The notes under the pieces were generated by a model. That model was not told the DNA's origin. It searched no databases and saw nothing but the letters and a program-made list of their open reading frames with translations. DNA of 30,951 nt from an uncultured Gammaproteobacteria bacterium (GTDB lineage: Bacteria > Patescibacteriota > Patescibacteriia > Magasanikbacterales > GWA2-37-8), in assembly GCA_964604585.1 (NCBI GenBank), contig CAZRZQ010000003.1:1847-32797 (forward strand), written 5' to 3'. Within the stretch, counting starts at the first letter, position 1; each line of letters opens with the position of its first letter. The translations under genes and the position numbers were made by a program. Positions 1 to 7,346 of this stretch are shown piece by piece.

Positions 1-229
1 GATCGACGAGGTCTGCAACGGCCTCGACGACGACTGCGACGAGCAGACCGACGAGAGCCTGACGCGCCTCTGCTACACCGGTCCGGAAGGGACCGAGAGC
101 GTCGGTGTCTGCCACGGCGGCATCTCGACCTGCGTCCGGGGCCAGTGGGGCCTCTGCGTAGACGAAGTGCTCCCGATCGACGAGGTCTGCAACGGCCTCG
201 ACGACGACTGCGACGAGCAGACCGACGAG
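1..229 (+). repeat. 55-bp exact direct repeat (1-55 = 175-229), period 174 bp (58 aa)
   Basis: gatcgacgaggtctgcaacggcctcgacgacgactgcgacgagcagaccgacgag occurs at 1 and 175. Confidence 0.9.
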
Positions 230-1390
230 GAGAACTCGGTCGGGTGCGACTGGTTCTACCTCGACATGGACGGGGACGGCTACGGCCAGTCCCAGGCGCC
301 GAACAAGTGCTACTGCGCTCCCACCGAGTTCTACCGCGCCCCGCAGGACGGCGACTGCAATGATAGCAGTTCGGTGATCCACCCTTACGCGCCCGAGGTC
401 TGCAACGGCCTCGACGACAACTGCGTCGCCGGTGCGGACGAGGGCTTCCAGGACCTGACCTGCGGCGTGGGCGAGTGCTCCCGCACCGTCTCGGCCTGCC
501 TGGGCGGCGTCCCGCAGACCTGCTCGCCGGGCAATCCGGTGGCGGAGGTCTGCAACAACCTCGACGACGACTGCGACGAGCAGATCGACGAGGGCTTCCA
601 GGACCTGACCTGCGGCGTGGGCGAGTGCTCCCGCACCGTCTCGGCCTGCCTGGGCGGCGTCCCGCAGACCTGCTCGCCGGGCAATCCGGTGGCGGAGGTC
701 TGCAACAACCTCGACGACGACTGCGACGAGCAGATCGACGAGGGCTTCCAGGACCTGACCTGCGGCGTGGGCGAGTGCTCCCGCACCGTCTCGGCCTGCC
801 TGGGCGGCGTCCCGCAGACCTGCTCGCCGGGCAATCCGGTGGCGGAGGTCTGCAACAACCTCGACGACGACTGCGACGAGCAGATCGACGAGGGGGACGC
901 CTGCGCTTCGTGCAACCTGGACCTCGACGAGGTCCAGTGCGGCGAGACGCTTCTGGACGTCGAGATGGGTACGCAGTCCTGGCTGAACGGGTACTCGTGT
1001 CGCCGCACCCTCGACGAGAGCGGCTTCGAGACCATGGTGAAGTACCGCACCCTCGAGGGCGGGGTGAAGGTGACGGTCACGCCGATCGGCATCCTGCCGA
1101 TCGTGAACCCGTCCAACTCCAGCCAGGCGACCGCGCTCGACATCTTCGTTCTGCGGTCGCTCTGTTCGGCTTCGGCCTGCGACATGTTCGGCTTCACCGC
1201 CGTCGCGTTCAGGCCGACCCCCGGGGTGACCTACTACCTCGCCGTGGACCAGTTCCAGGGTACTTGGGCGCAGATGTTCGACCTCCAGGTCACCTGCGAA
1301 GAGGTCGGCTGCGCGGACGGCCTGGACAACGACCTCGACGGCCTGGTGGATTCGCAGGACTGCGACTGTACGGGCACCTGCCCGCACTGA
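2..1390 (+). CDS. Cys/Asp-rich repeat surface protein with MopE-type putative metal-binding repeats; 5' truncated by the window edge
   Basis: Frame of ORF 167..1390 is open back to base 2 (IDEVCNGLDDDCDEQTDE...). Contains WFYLDMDGDGYG...GDCND...IHPYAPEVCNGLDDNC (MopE-like, PF11617-type), repeated EVCNxLDDDCDEQxDE units, a C-terminal beta-sandwich-like segment (GVTYYLAVD...FDLQVTC) and a final CADGLDNDLDGLVD Ca-binding-like repeat. Confidence 0.85.
   Translation: MDEVCNGLDDDCDEQTDESLTRLCYTGPEGTESVGVCHGGISTCVRGQWGLCVDEVLPIDEVCNGLDDDCDEQTDEENSVGCDWFYLDMDGDGYGQSQAPNKCYCAPTEFYRAPQDGDCNDSSSVIHPYAPEVCNGLDDNCVAGADEGFQDLTCGVGECSRTVSACLGGVPQTCSPGNPVAEVCNNLDDDCDEQIDEGFQDLTCGVGECSRTVSACLGGVPQTCSPGNPVAEVCNNLDDDCDEQIDEGFQDLTCGVGECSRTVSACLGGVPQTCSPGNPVAEVCNNLDDDCDEQIDEGDACASCNLDLDEVQCGETLLDVEMGTQSWLNGYSCRRTLDESGFETMVKYRTLEGGVKVTVTPIGILPIVNPSNSSQATALDIFVLRSLCSASACDMFGFTAVAFRPTPGVTYYLAVDQFQGTWAQMFDLQVTCEEVGCADGLDNDLDGLVDSQDCDCTGTCPH
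437..894 (+). repeat. Perfect in-frame tandem repeat, 150 bp x 3 plus 8 bp (50-aa unit)
   Basis: Unit gacgagggcttccaggacctgacc...gacgagcagatc starts at 437, 587 and 737; a partial unit (gacgaggg) starts at 887. No differences seen between copies. Confidence 0.95.
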
Positions 1391-1400
1391 TCGCGCGCCG

Positions 1401-1672
1401 GCCTGGCCCCGTAAGGCCGGGCTGACCTGACACTTTCGCCATGGCGGGAGTTGGGAGGGCTTCGGCCCCCGCTCTCGCCGGTTCGAATAGTTCGAAAAAT
1501 TAGAATCGCTTGACCCGCTTCGGCGGGATTGGCCCTGGCAATAGCCGGGGCATGGGGTCGGAGGCGTGAAAGATTTTTACGCCTTTCGCCCGTAGTTCTT
1601 TCGTCCCGACTAGTTCGGGACGGTGAGGAGAGGAGAATGAGACTTGTGCTTGTATAGGCAAAACTTCTCTCC
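1401..1672 (+). ncRNA. Candidate structured RNA or highly structured 3' UTR (tandem hairpins; family unknown)
   Basis: Hairpins at 1401-1422, 1443-1479 (C-UUCG-G loop), 1482-1496, 1514-1527 (C-UUCG-G loop), 1532-1551, 1562-1584, 1602-1622 and 1627-1672, with many G-U pairs. Confidence 0.45.
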
Positions 1673-1724
1673 AACCCTCACTTATATCCATGATTTACCT
1701 CGTGAATGTAAGTGAGGGTTTTTT
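1673..1724 (+). terminator. Intrinsic terminator
   Basis: aaccctcacttatat...atgtaagtgagggtt long stem ending in a T-run, followed by a T-rich tract. Confidence 0.8.
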
Positions 1725-1754
1725 GTTGCCTTTTTTCATTTTGTTTTTTAACTA

Positions 1755-1783
1755 TTGACATACTAACCTAGTATGATTATATA
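1755..1783 (+). promoter_or_regulatory. Sigma70-type promoter with a 7-bp inverted repeat in the spacer
   Basis: TTGACA (1755-1760), 17 bp, TATATA (1778-1783); catacta-acc-tagtatg at 1759-1775. Confidence 0.6.
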
Positions 1784-1847
1784 TATACTCTGGTCCTGTT
1801 GGTTGCCGGATGGTCCGGCGACAGCGGATAGACAGAGGAGGGTCAAG

Positions 1848-2396
1848 ATGCGTCTTAAGTGGTTCCTGGTGTTCACGGTCGTGTTTGGTCTGTCGATCGG
1901 CTGCGGGATCGAGGACGATGACGAGAAGGGGCGCAGGGCCGCCCCGCCCCAGCAGGTCGAGGATCGCGATGACGATGGCACGGATGACGGCCGTGAGGAC
2001 GTCGGGTGCCTCGCGTTCACCCTCGTGGTGGACCCGGGGTGCAGCGTGAGCCAGGTCTCGTTCTGGTCCGCGACAGGGAAGGACCCGATCTCGTTCTTCT
2101 CGCCGTCCAGCCAGATGAACGCGCGTGGGTTCGAGCGCAATTCGGCGCTCGAGGCCTGCTCGGTCACGCTCGACTGGCCCGGTCGGTGGGAGACCTGGGA
2201 GAACGACCGGCGGAATTTCCCGGGACCGAATGCGCCGACCGGGCACTGTGTCCTCGCCGGAGGCATTAACGTTCCCTTCGGGGAACTGAACGAGGGCGAG
2301 GCCGCCTACGGCTGTGCCCACGACGGGCGCACCAAGGACGGGGTTGTCGTCAACCCCTGTGCGGATGGTGGTTGCTACGCCGCTGCCCTCCGCTGA
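1848..2396 (+). CDS. Hypothetical Cys-rich lipoprotein-like protein (182 aa)
   Basis: GAGGAGG at 1835-1841 precedes ATG 1848 (in frame with track ORF 1773..2396). Signal-peptide-like MRLKWFLVFTVVFGLSIG-C, an acidic linker and 8 Cys; GC-rich codon usage. Confidence 0.75.
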   Translation: MRLKWFLVFTVVFGLSIGCGIEDDDEKGRRAAPPQQVEDRDDDGTDDGREDVGCLAFTLVVDPGCSVSQVSFWSATGKDPISFFSPSSQMNARGFERNSALEACSVTLDWPGRWETWENDRRNFPGPNAPTGHCVLAGGINVPFGELNEGEAAYGCAHDGRTKDGVVVNPCADGGCYAAALR

Positions 2397-2400
2397 AACT

Positions 2401-2446
2401 GTGCCGGAGGCGTGCGTTCGAAGTTCGGACGTGCGCCGCCGGCCAC
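2401..2446 (+). terminator. Long GC-rich hairpin after the lipoprotein gene (terminator or 3' stabiliser)
   Basis: gtg-ccgg-a-ggcgtgcgttcga-agt-tcggacgtgcgcc-g-ccgg-c-cac pairs over about 20 bp; AT-rich tract follows. Confidence 0.5.
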
Positions 2447-2530
2447 AACATATTTTGTTTAAAAATAAAACCACCTTGTCAGCGGTTTTTTTATTGTGTT
2501 TATTTTTTTTATTTCTCCTCTCTTCGTTTT

Positions 2531-3907
2531 TTACGCGTGCTCGGCGCTCCAGTAACCCCAGATCGCCCAGAACCACCAGATGACCGGGGTATGGTGGAGC
2601 ATATTGTCAGATAAAGAAAGGATTAGATAGACAAGAATGCTCAAGATAAAAATGGTGTTGGGCCATTTGTGTTTTTTACCGTATTGTATTTCTCGGTAGA
2701 GTAGGGTGGCGAAAATGGCGAGGTACAGCAGAAAACCAATGATACCGGTTTCAAAAGCAACTTTGAGATAGTCATTATGCGCCTCACTAGTATTATCCCA
2801 GATATTTCCCACTCCTTTACTAACATCCCAAACTGTTGCAAACGATCCGTAGCCATAGCCTAAGAGTGGGCGGTCACGGAAGAGTGGGAATACTTTGTTG
2901 GCGACGTCCCGTCGCCAAGCGATCGAATCCGCTTCGCGGTTGCGAGTAGTCAGTCTCGCGATTACCGAATTATTTTGGAGGTTAATATTAAAAGAACTGG
3001 TGAGCCAGTGGTTAATTGGAAAAAAGGAGGCGTAAAGAATGACTAGGATTGTTAAAGTGGAGAGGGTGGTTTTGGTTACTTTGATAAGGCCATAGGCGAC
3101 TAAGAAGAAAACAAAACCGATCCAGGCAATGCGGGTGTAGGTTAAGGTAATAATGGTGACCAGGAAAAGAAAAGCTAGAAAATACAGATCTTGTTGGTTT
3201 TTAAACCAAGCGTTGAACGGTTGAAAGAGCCAACGGTCTTTGTTTTTAAAAAAGGAGTCAAAGGCAAAGATAAAAAGTAGTAGAGCAAAAGTGGCGAGGA
3301 TATTCGGGTGAGCAAAGGTTCCATACAGGCGATTGGCGACGCCATCGATCATGAGGCCAGTGTGGGTGAAGTATTGGTAAACGGCGAGAGCGAGCGGGGG
3401 GAGGGCGCCGATAAGTAAAGTTTTCCGGAAATAGCGATCAAATTTAGTTGGGTATTTTAAGCGCATGACAAAAGTTACGCCAAAGAGGGCAAAGAGGTTG
3501 GCGGCTTTAAGTACCTCGGTAATAGTTGAACTTTTGTCAAAGGTGTAGGCATAGGTTATAGCGACCCAAGCGAGAAAGACGAGCCAAATTCGTCGGGCGG
3601 GGATCTGTTTCCAGTATTCGTGGTTTTTGATAAAAAACAAAATTGACCAAGCGAGTAAGATCAAAGAAATGCCGGCGTTAACATTAAAACGAAATTCATC
3701 TTCAGAAAGGACCACATAATCCCGCCAGTAATCTATGGTCGGACGGATAATTAGGAAAACCAGAAGGGCGTAATCACCGAAGAGTTTGTAAAGTAAGAAA
3801 AAGACTAACACCAAGAACGCCAGCACGTCGCCCGCGGTATAGGGGTTTACGATGGTAAAAAGGAGAAGGGCAATGAAAAAGAGGGCGTTGTATTTTAGGT
3901 TGGTCAT
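2531..3907 (-). CDS. O-antigen ligase / Wzy_C family membrane protein
   Basis: 458 aa, many hydrophobic helices; RLYGTFAHPNILA, TYTRIAW, RPLLGYGYGSF, AHNDYLKVAFETGIIG. Confidence 0.9.
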   Translation of the reverse strand: MTNLKYNALFFIALLLFTIVNPYTAGDVLAFLVLVFFLLYKLFGDYALLVFLIIRPTIDYWRDYVVLSEDEFRFNVNAGISLILLAWSILFFIKNHEYWKQIPARRIWLVFLAWVAITYAYTFDKSSTITEVLKAANLFALFGVTFVMRLKYPTKFDRYFRKTLLIGALPPLALAVYQYFTHTGLMIDGVANRLYGTFAHPNILATFALLLFIFAFDSFFKNKDRWLFQPFNAWFKNQQDLYFLAFLFLVTIITLTYTRIAWIGFVFFLVAYGLIKVTKTTLSTLTILVILYASFFPINHWLTSSFNINLQNNSVIARLTTRNREADSIAWRRDVANKVFPLFRDRPLLGYGYGSFATVWDVSKGVGNIWDNTSEAHNDYLKVAFETGIIGFLLYLAIFATLLYREIQYGKKHKWPNTIFILSILVYLILSLSDNMLHHTPVIWWFWAIWGYWSAEHA

Positions 3908-3996
3908 AAAGGCTTGTGGTTTATCCCTATGAGAGGACTACCAAAGGGTTTCCTCCCGCGGGAATGCCGCTTTTTTGTTTTTTAAAAGTTAGTTTG

Positions 3997-4005
3997 ATTA
4001 TATCA
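3997..4005 (-). promoter_or_regulatory. Extended -10 promoter element for the O-antigen-ligase gene
   Basis: TG-A-TATAAT on the minus strand, about 90 bp upstream of the start codon. Confidence 0.5.
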
Positions 4006-4068
4006 CAGTCATTCTTTAGAATAAAGGCATTTTGTGATAGAATTACTTTGTTATAATTATTACTTAAT

Positions 4069-5085
4069 ATGATCAAAGGAGAAAACGTTAGTAAAGAGAT
4101 TGTTATTTACGAGGATAAAAATGGCCAGGTGAAAGTTGAGGCCGAAGTAAGGAAAGAATCAGTGTGGTTAACACTAAACCAAATTGCCCAGTTATTTGCT
4201 ACCCATAAGTCTGGTATCTCTAGACATTTTAGCAATATATTCGAGAATGGTGAATTATCAAGAGAAGCAACTGTTGCAAAAATTGCAACAGTTCAACTAG
4301 AAGGTAAAAGACAAATAGAGCGTTTGGTTGAGTTTTATAATCTCGACGCTATTCTTTCTGTTGGTTACCGGGTTAATTCTAAAAGAGCCACCCAGTTTCG
4401 TATTTGGGCGACGGGGATTTTGCGTAAGCATATTCTAGAGGGGTATAGCCTTAATGAGAAGCGCCTGCTGGAGTTACGGGGTAGAGAATTAAATGAATTT
4501 GAACAAGCCGTATCCTTAGTGCGTAAAACAATTAGTAATCGCGAACTTAACGGTAGAGAGGCGGAAGGGATTTTAAGGGTAATAACTGATTATGCTAATA
4601 CCTGGGTTTTGTTGCAAAAATATGATGAAGATAAGATAGAATCGCCCATTAAGTTTACCAAGGTCAAAAGAGCGTTTGCTTATGAAGAAGCAGTAGGTTT
4701 AGTTAATGAATTAAAAAATAATTTGTTAGAAAAGAAAGAAGCCGGTGATTTATTTGGCCGTGAACGCGGAGAATCTTTTGGGGGGATTATCGCAACCCTT
4801 AGCCAGGCTTTTGCTGGTAAAGATTTATATCCAAGCGTGGAAGCAAAAGCAGCTCATTTGTTGTATTTTGTGATTAAGGACCATCCGTTTAGCGATGGCA
4901 ACAAACGCCTGGCTTCATTTTTGTTTGTAGTATTTTTAGCCCGCAACAAGAGTTTGCTAAAGAAGAATGGTGAAAAGAAAATCAATGACAATGCACTGGT
5001 CGCTTTAGCCCTTCTAATTGCGGAAAGTGAACCAAAGCAAAAGGAGGTTATGGTTAAGCTCATAATGAATTTTTTGGCAGGTTAG
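4069..5085 (+). CDS. RhuM-like N-terminal domain fused to a Fic/Doc domain
   Basis: VWLTLNQIAQLF and YNLDAILSVGYRVNSKRATQFRIWAT (RhuM-like); HPFSDGNKR (Fic/Doc motif). Confidence 0.9.
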   Translation: MIKGENVSKEIVIYEDKNGQVKVEAEVRKESVWLTLNQIAQLFATHKSGISRHFSNIFENGELSREATVAKIATVQLEGKRQIERLVEFYNLDAILSVGYRVNSKRATQFRIWATGILRKHILEGYSLNEKRLLELRGRELNEFEQAVSLVRKTISNRELNGREAEGILRVITDYANTWVLLQKYDEDKIESPIKFTKVKRAFAYEEAVGLVNELKNNLLEKKEAGDLFGRERGESFGGIIATLSQAFAGKDLYPSVEAKAAHLLYFVIKDHPFSDGNKRLASFLFVVFLARNKSLLKKNGEKKINDNALVALALLIAESEPKQKEVMVKLIMNFLAG

Positions 5086-5113
5086 TATCATTTATCGTTT
5101 TTTGTGTATTGGC

Positions 5114-5142
5114 TTGCCGGCAATGCTTTTTTCCGGTATAAT
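5114..5142 (+). promoter_or_regulatory. Sigma70-type promoter for the radical SAM-GT4-GHL15 operon
   Basis: TTGCCG (5114-5119), 17 bp, TATAAT (5137-5142). Confidence 0.65.
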
Positions 5143-5161
5143 AAAGGCATAATTTATCATT

Positions 5162-6166
5162 ATGGTCTGTCGCTTACCAGTTGATTGCGTTTTAGCTTTA
5201 ACCTATAACTGTAATTCCCGTTGCACGATGTGCGACATCTGGAAGATAAAAAACAGCCCCGAGTTACCACCCGAGGAATTTTTGAAATTACCGAGTAGTC
5301 TTCGAGATATTAACTTTTCGGGTGGGGAGCCATATTTACGGAAAGATTTAGTAGAAATTTTAAAAAATGTTGTTAAAGCGGTGCCAAAAGCCCGGATCAT
5401 AATTTCTTCCAATGGCTTTGCGACTGATTTAATTATTAATCGGACTAAAGAGTTATTAAAGATTAAACCAGACATTGGTATCGCTATTTCTATTGATGGC
5501 ATCGGAGAAATGCATAATGAAATGCGCGGTATTCCTGGCGGTTTTGATAAAGCGATTGAAACAGTAAAAAGACTGAAAGAAATTGGGGTGACAAAATTAC
5601 GTTTGGCTTATACCGCTACGGATAAAAATGTTAACCACCTGTCTAAGGTATATAACCTGAGTCGAGAACTCGGGATTGAATTTACCCATAGCTTTGCCCA
5701 AAGCTCGGAGTTTTATTTCGGTGGCAAGCAGAATGTCCATAACCCGAGGGGGGAAGTATTGAACAGGGAGTATGGTTACCTCATCAAGGAGGAATTAAAA
5801 AGTTGGAGTTTTAAACGTTGGGCCAGAGGTTACTTTGCTTATGGCATGCGCAAATTTGTGACGAGTAAAAACCCCATGTTATCTAACGCTCCGGGGAGAG
5901 ATTTTTTCTTTTTAGATCCGTCGGGAGATATCTATCCTTCCGTTGTTCACAATGTGGTTATTGGTAGTATTAAGAATATTCAAGACCAAAATACCCTCGA
6001 ACAATTTTGGTGTTCTACAGAAGCAGAAGTGGCCCGTCAGAAAGTTGATGATTTAAAGATGCCGGTTTGGATGATTTGTACGGCTCGGACGGCGATTAAA
6101 AAGCATCCCTTAAAAGCCGGCCTGTGGTTTATGAAACACAAACTTTATGCGCATTTTGCTAGTTAA
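5162..6166 (+). CDS. Radical SAM enzyme with a degenerate SPASM/twitch-like C-terminus
   Basis: CNSRCTMC (CxxxCxxC), FSGGEP, SIDG; C-terminal FFFLDPSGDIYPS. Confidence 0.9.
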   Translation: MVCRLPVDCVLALTYNCNSRCTMCDIWKIKNSPELPPEEFLKLPSSLRDINFSGGEPYLRKDLVEILKNVVKAVPKARIIISSNGFATDLIINRTKELLKIKPDIGIAISIDGIGEMHNEMRGIPGGFDKAIETVKRLKEIGVTKLRLAYTATDKNVNHLSKVYNLSRELGIEFTHSFAQSSEFYFGGKQNVHNPRGEVLNREYGYLIKEELKSWSFKRWARGYFAYGMRKFVTSKNPMLSNAPGRDFFFLDPSGDIYPSVVHNVVIGSIKNIQDQNTLEQFWCSTEAEVARQKVDDLKMPVWMICTARTAIKKHPLKAGLWFMKHKLYAHFAS

Positions 6167-7346
6167 TAAATATTGGTATTTCCGCGGTGGGGCGGAAAGG
6201 GTGGCAATCCAAACAAAAAATATTTTGGAAAAAGCCGGCCACACGGTCGAGATTTTCGGTATGCATGATCCAAAAAATATTTTCCATAATAAGTATTTCG
6301 TGAGCCATGTGGATTATGCCAAAGTGCGAGGGCTTAAAAAGATATCTGCTGGCCTGAAAGCAATCTATAACCCGGAGGCGCGAGATAAGTTTAGAGAATT
6401 AGTGCAGGATTTTAAACCCGATGTCGTGCATTTGCATAATTTTTATCACCAATTATCTGGGTCAATTTTGGAGGTCTTGAAAGAAGAAAAGATTAAAACG
6501 GTTATGACACTTCATGATTATAAATTAATTAGCCCCAATTACAACTTGTACCATCATGGTAAAATTGCAGAAGAGGCGATGGGTGGTAAGTACTATCGTT
6601 GTTTGTGGAATAACTGCATGGAAAGCTGGGGGGAGAGTTTTATCGCGACGCTGGAAGCATATTTTATGCGCTGGAATAAATTGCTTTTAGCAATTGGCCA
6701 ATATATAAGTCCCAGTCGGTTTTTAAAAGATAAATTTATTCAAGCTGGTTTCCCAGCTTCTAAAATAACGGTTTTGGCTAATCCGCTCGAGGTTAATTTT
6801 GGAGAGCCATATACCGAGGGTGAATATATTACCTATGTCGGTCGAGTGGCTCCGGAGAAGGGGTTGGGGCTGTTATTACAGGCAGCGAAACAATTGCCAA
6901 AATTAAAGTTTCGGATCGTCGGTGATGGCCCCGAAGAGAAAAAATTGAAAGCTGAAGCTTCTAAATTAGATTTATCCAATCTGGATTTTTTAAGTCATGT
7001 CGCGGGCGATGATCTAGAAAAAGTTTTTGCCGAGGCCAAGTTTTTAGTTTTGCCGGCGGTTTGGTATGAAAATTATCCCATGAGTATTCTGGAAGCTTGT
7101 TTACGTCGGAAAGTGGTAATTGGGAGCCGAATTGGCGGTATACCAGAATTATTAGACGAAGAATTATTATTTGAATCTGGCGATTTAGATAGTTTGGTAA
7201 ATAAAATTACCGAGTGGGCGAAGAAGAAAGCTGAGGCGCGGGAAGCAATGGGCAATGAATTACGCGAGAAAGTTTTACAAGAGAACAATGAGGAGAAATA
7301 TTTGACTAGACTTTTGGAAGTTTATTCTTTAAAAAACAATGATTAA
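6147..7346 (+). CDS. Glycosyltransferase family 4 (GT-B fold)
   Basis: GGAERV, YVGRVAPEKG, IVGDGP, WYENYPMSILEA, SRIGGIPE. Confidence 0.92.
   Translation: MRILLVNKYWYFRGGAERVAIQTKNILEKAGHTVEIFGMHDPKNIFHNKYFVSHVDYAKVRGLKKISAGLKAIYNPEARDKFRELVQDFKPDVVHLHNFYHQLSGSILEVLKEEKIKTVMTLHDYKLISPNYNLYHHGKIAEEAMGGKYYRCLWNNCMESWGESFIATLEAYFMRWNKLLLAIGQYISPSRFLKDKFIQAGFPASKITVLANPLEVNFGEPYTEGEYITYVGRVAPEKGLGLLLQAAKQLPKLKFRIVGDGPEEKKLKAEASKLDLSNLDFLSHVAGDDLEKVFAEAKFLVLPAVWYENYPMSILEACLRRKVVIGSRIGGIPELLDEELLFESGDLDSLVNKITEWAKKKAEAREAMGNELREKVLQENNEEKYLTRLLEVYSLKNND

Noticed and set aside
437-894. Possible CRISPR array
   Set aside because: Repeats are 150 bp, directly adjacent with no spacers, and in-frame within a CDS; no cas genes in the window.
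385-1425. Long alternative ORFs 385..1197 (-) and 475..1425 (+)
   Set aside because: Shadow frames of a GC-rich repetitive gene; low-complexity Arg/Pro/Ser translations, while the 2..1390 frame has coherent motifs.
1480-1490. tRNA T-loop-like GGTTCGAAT
   Set aside because: No complementary T-stem, cloverleaf or acceptor stem around it.
1391-1724. RNase P RNA, tmRNA, SRP RNA or group II intron as the identity of the hairpin run
   Set aside because: Hallmarks (GAGGAAAGUCC, tRNA-like ends with CCA, CAGGUCCGGAAGGAAGCAG, domain V) not found by eye on either strand; a covariance search is still needed.
2394-2466. Integron attC site after the GC-rich gene
   Set aside because: Ends do not fit RYYYAAC / GTTRRRY and no integrase is visible.
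1752-2576. 274-aa minus-strand ORF and 1763..2266
   Set aside because: Antisense to the SD-led, signal-peptide-bearing ORF and running across AT-rich promoter/terminator DNA.
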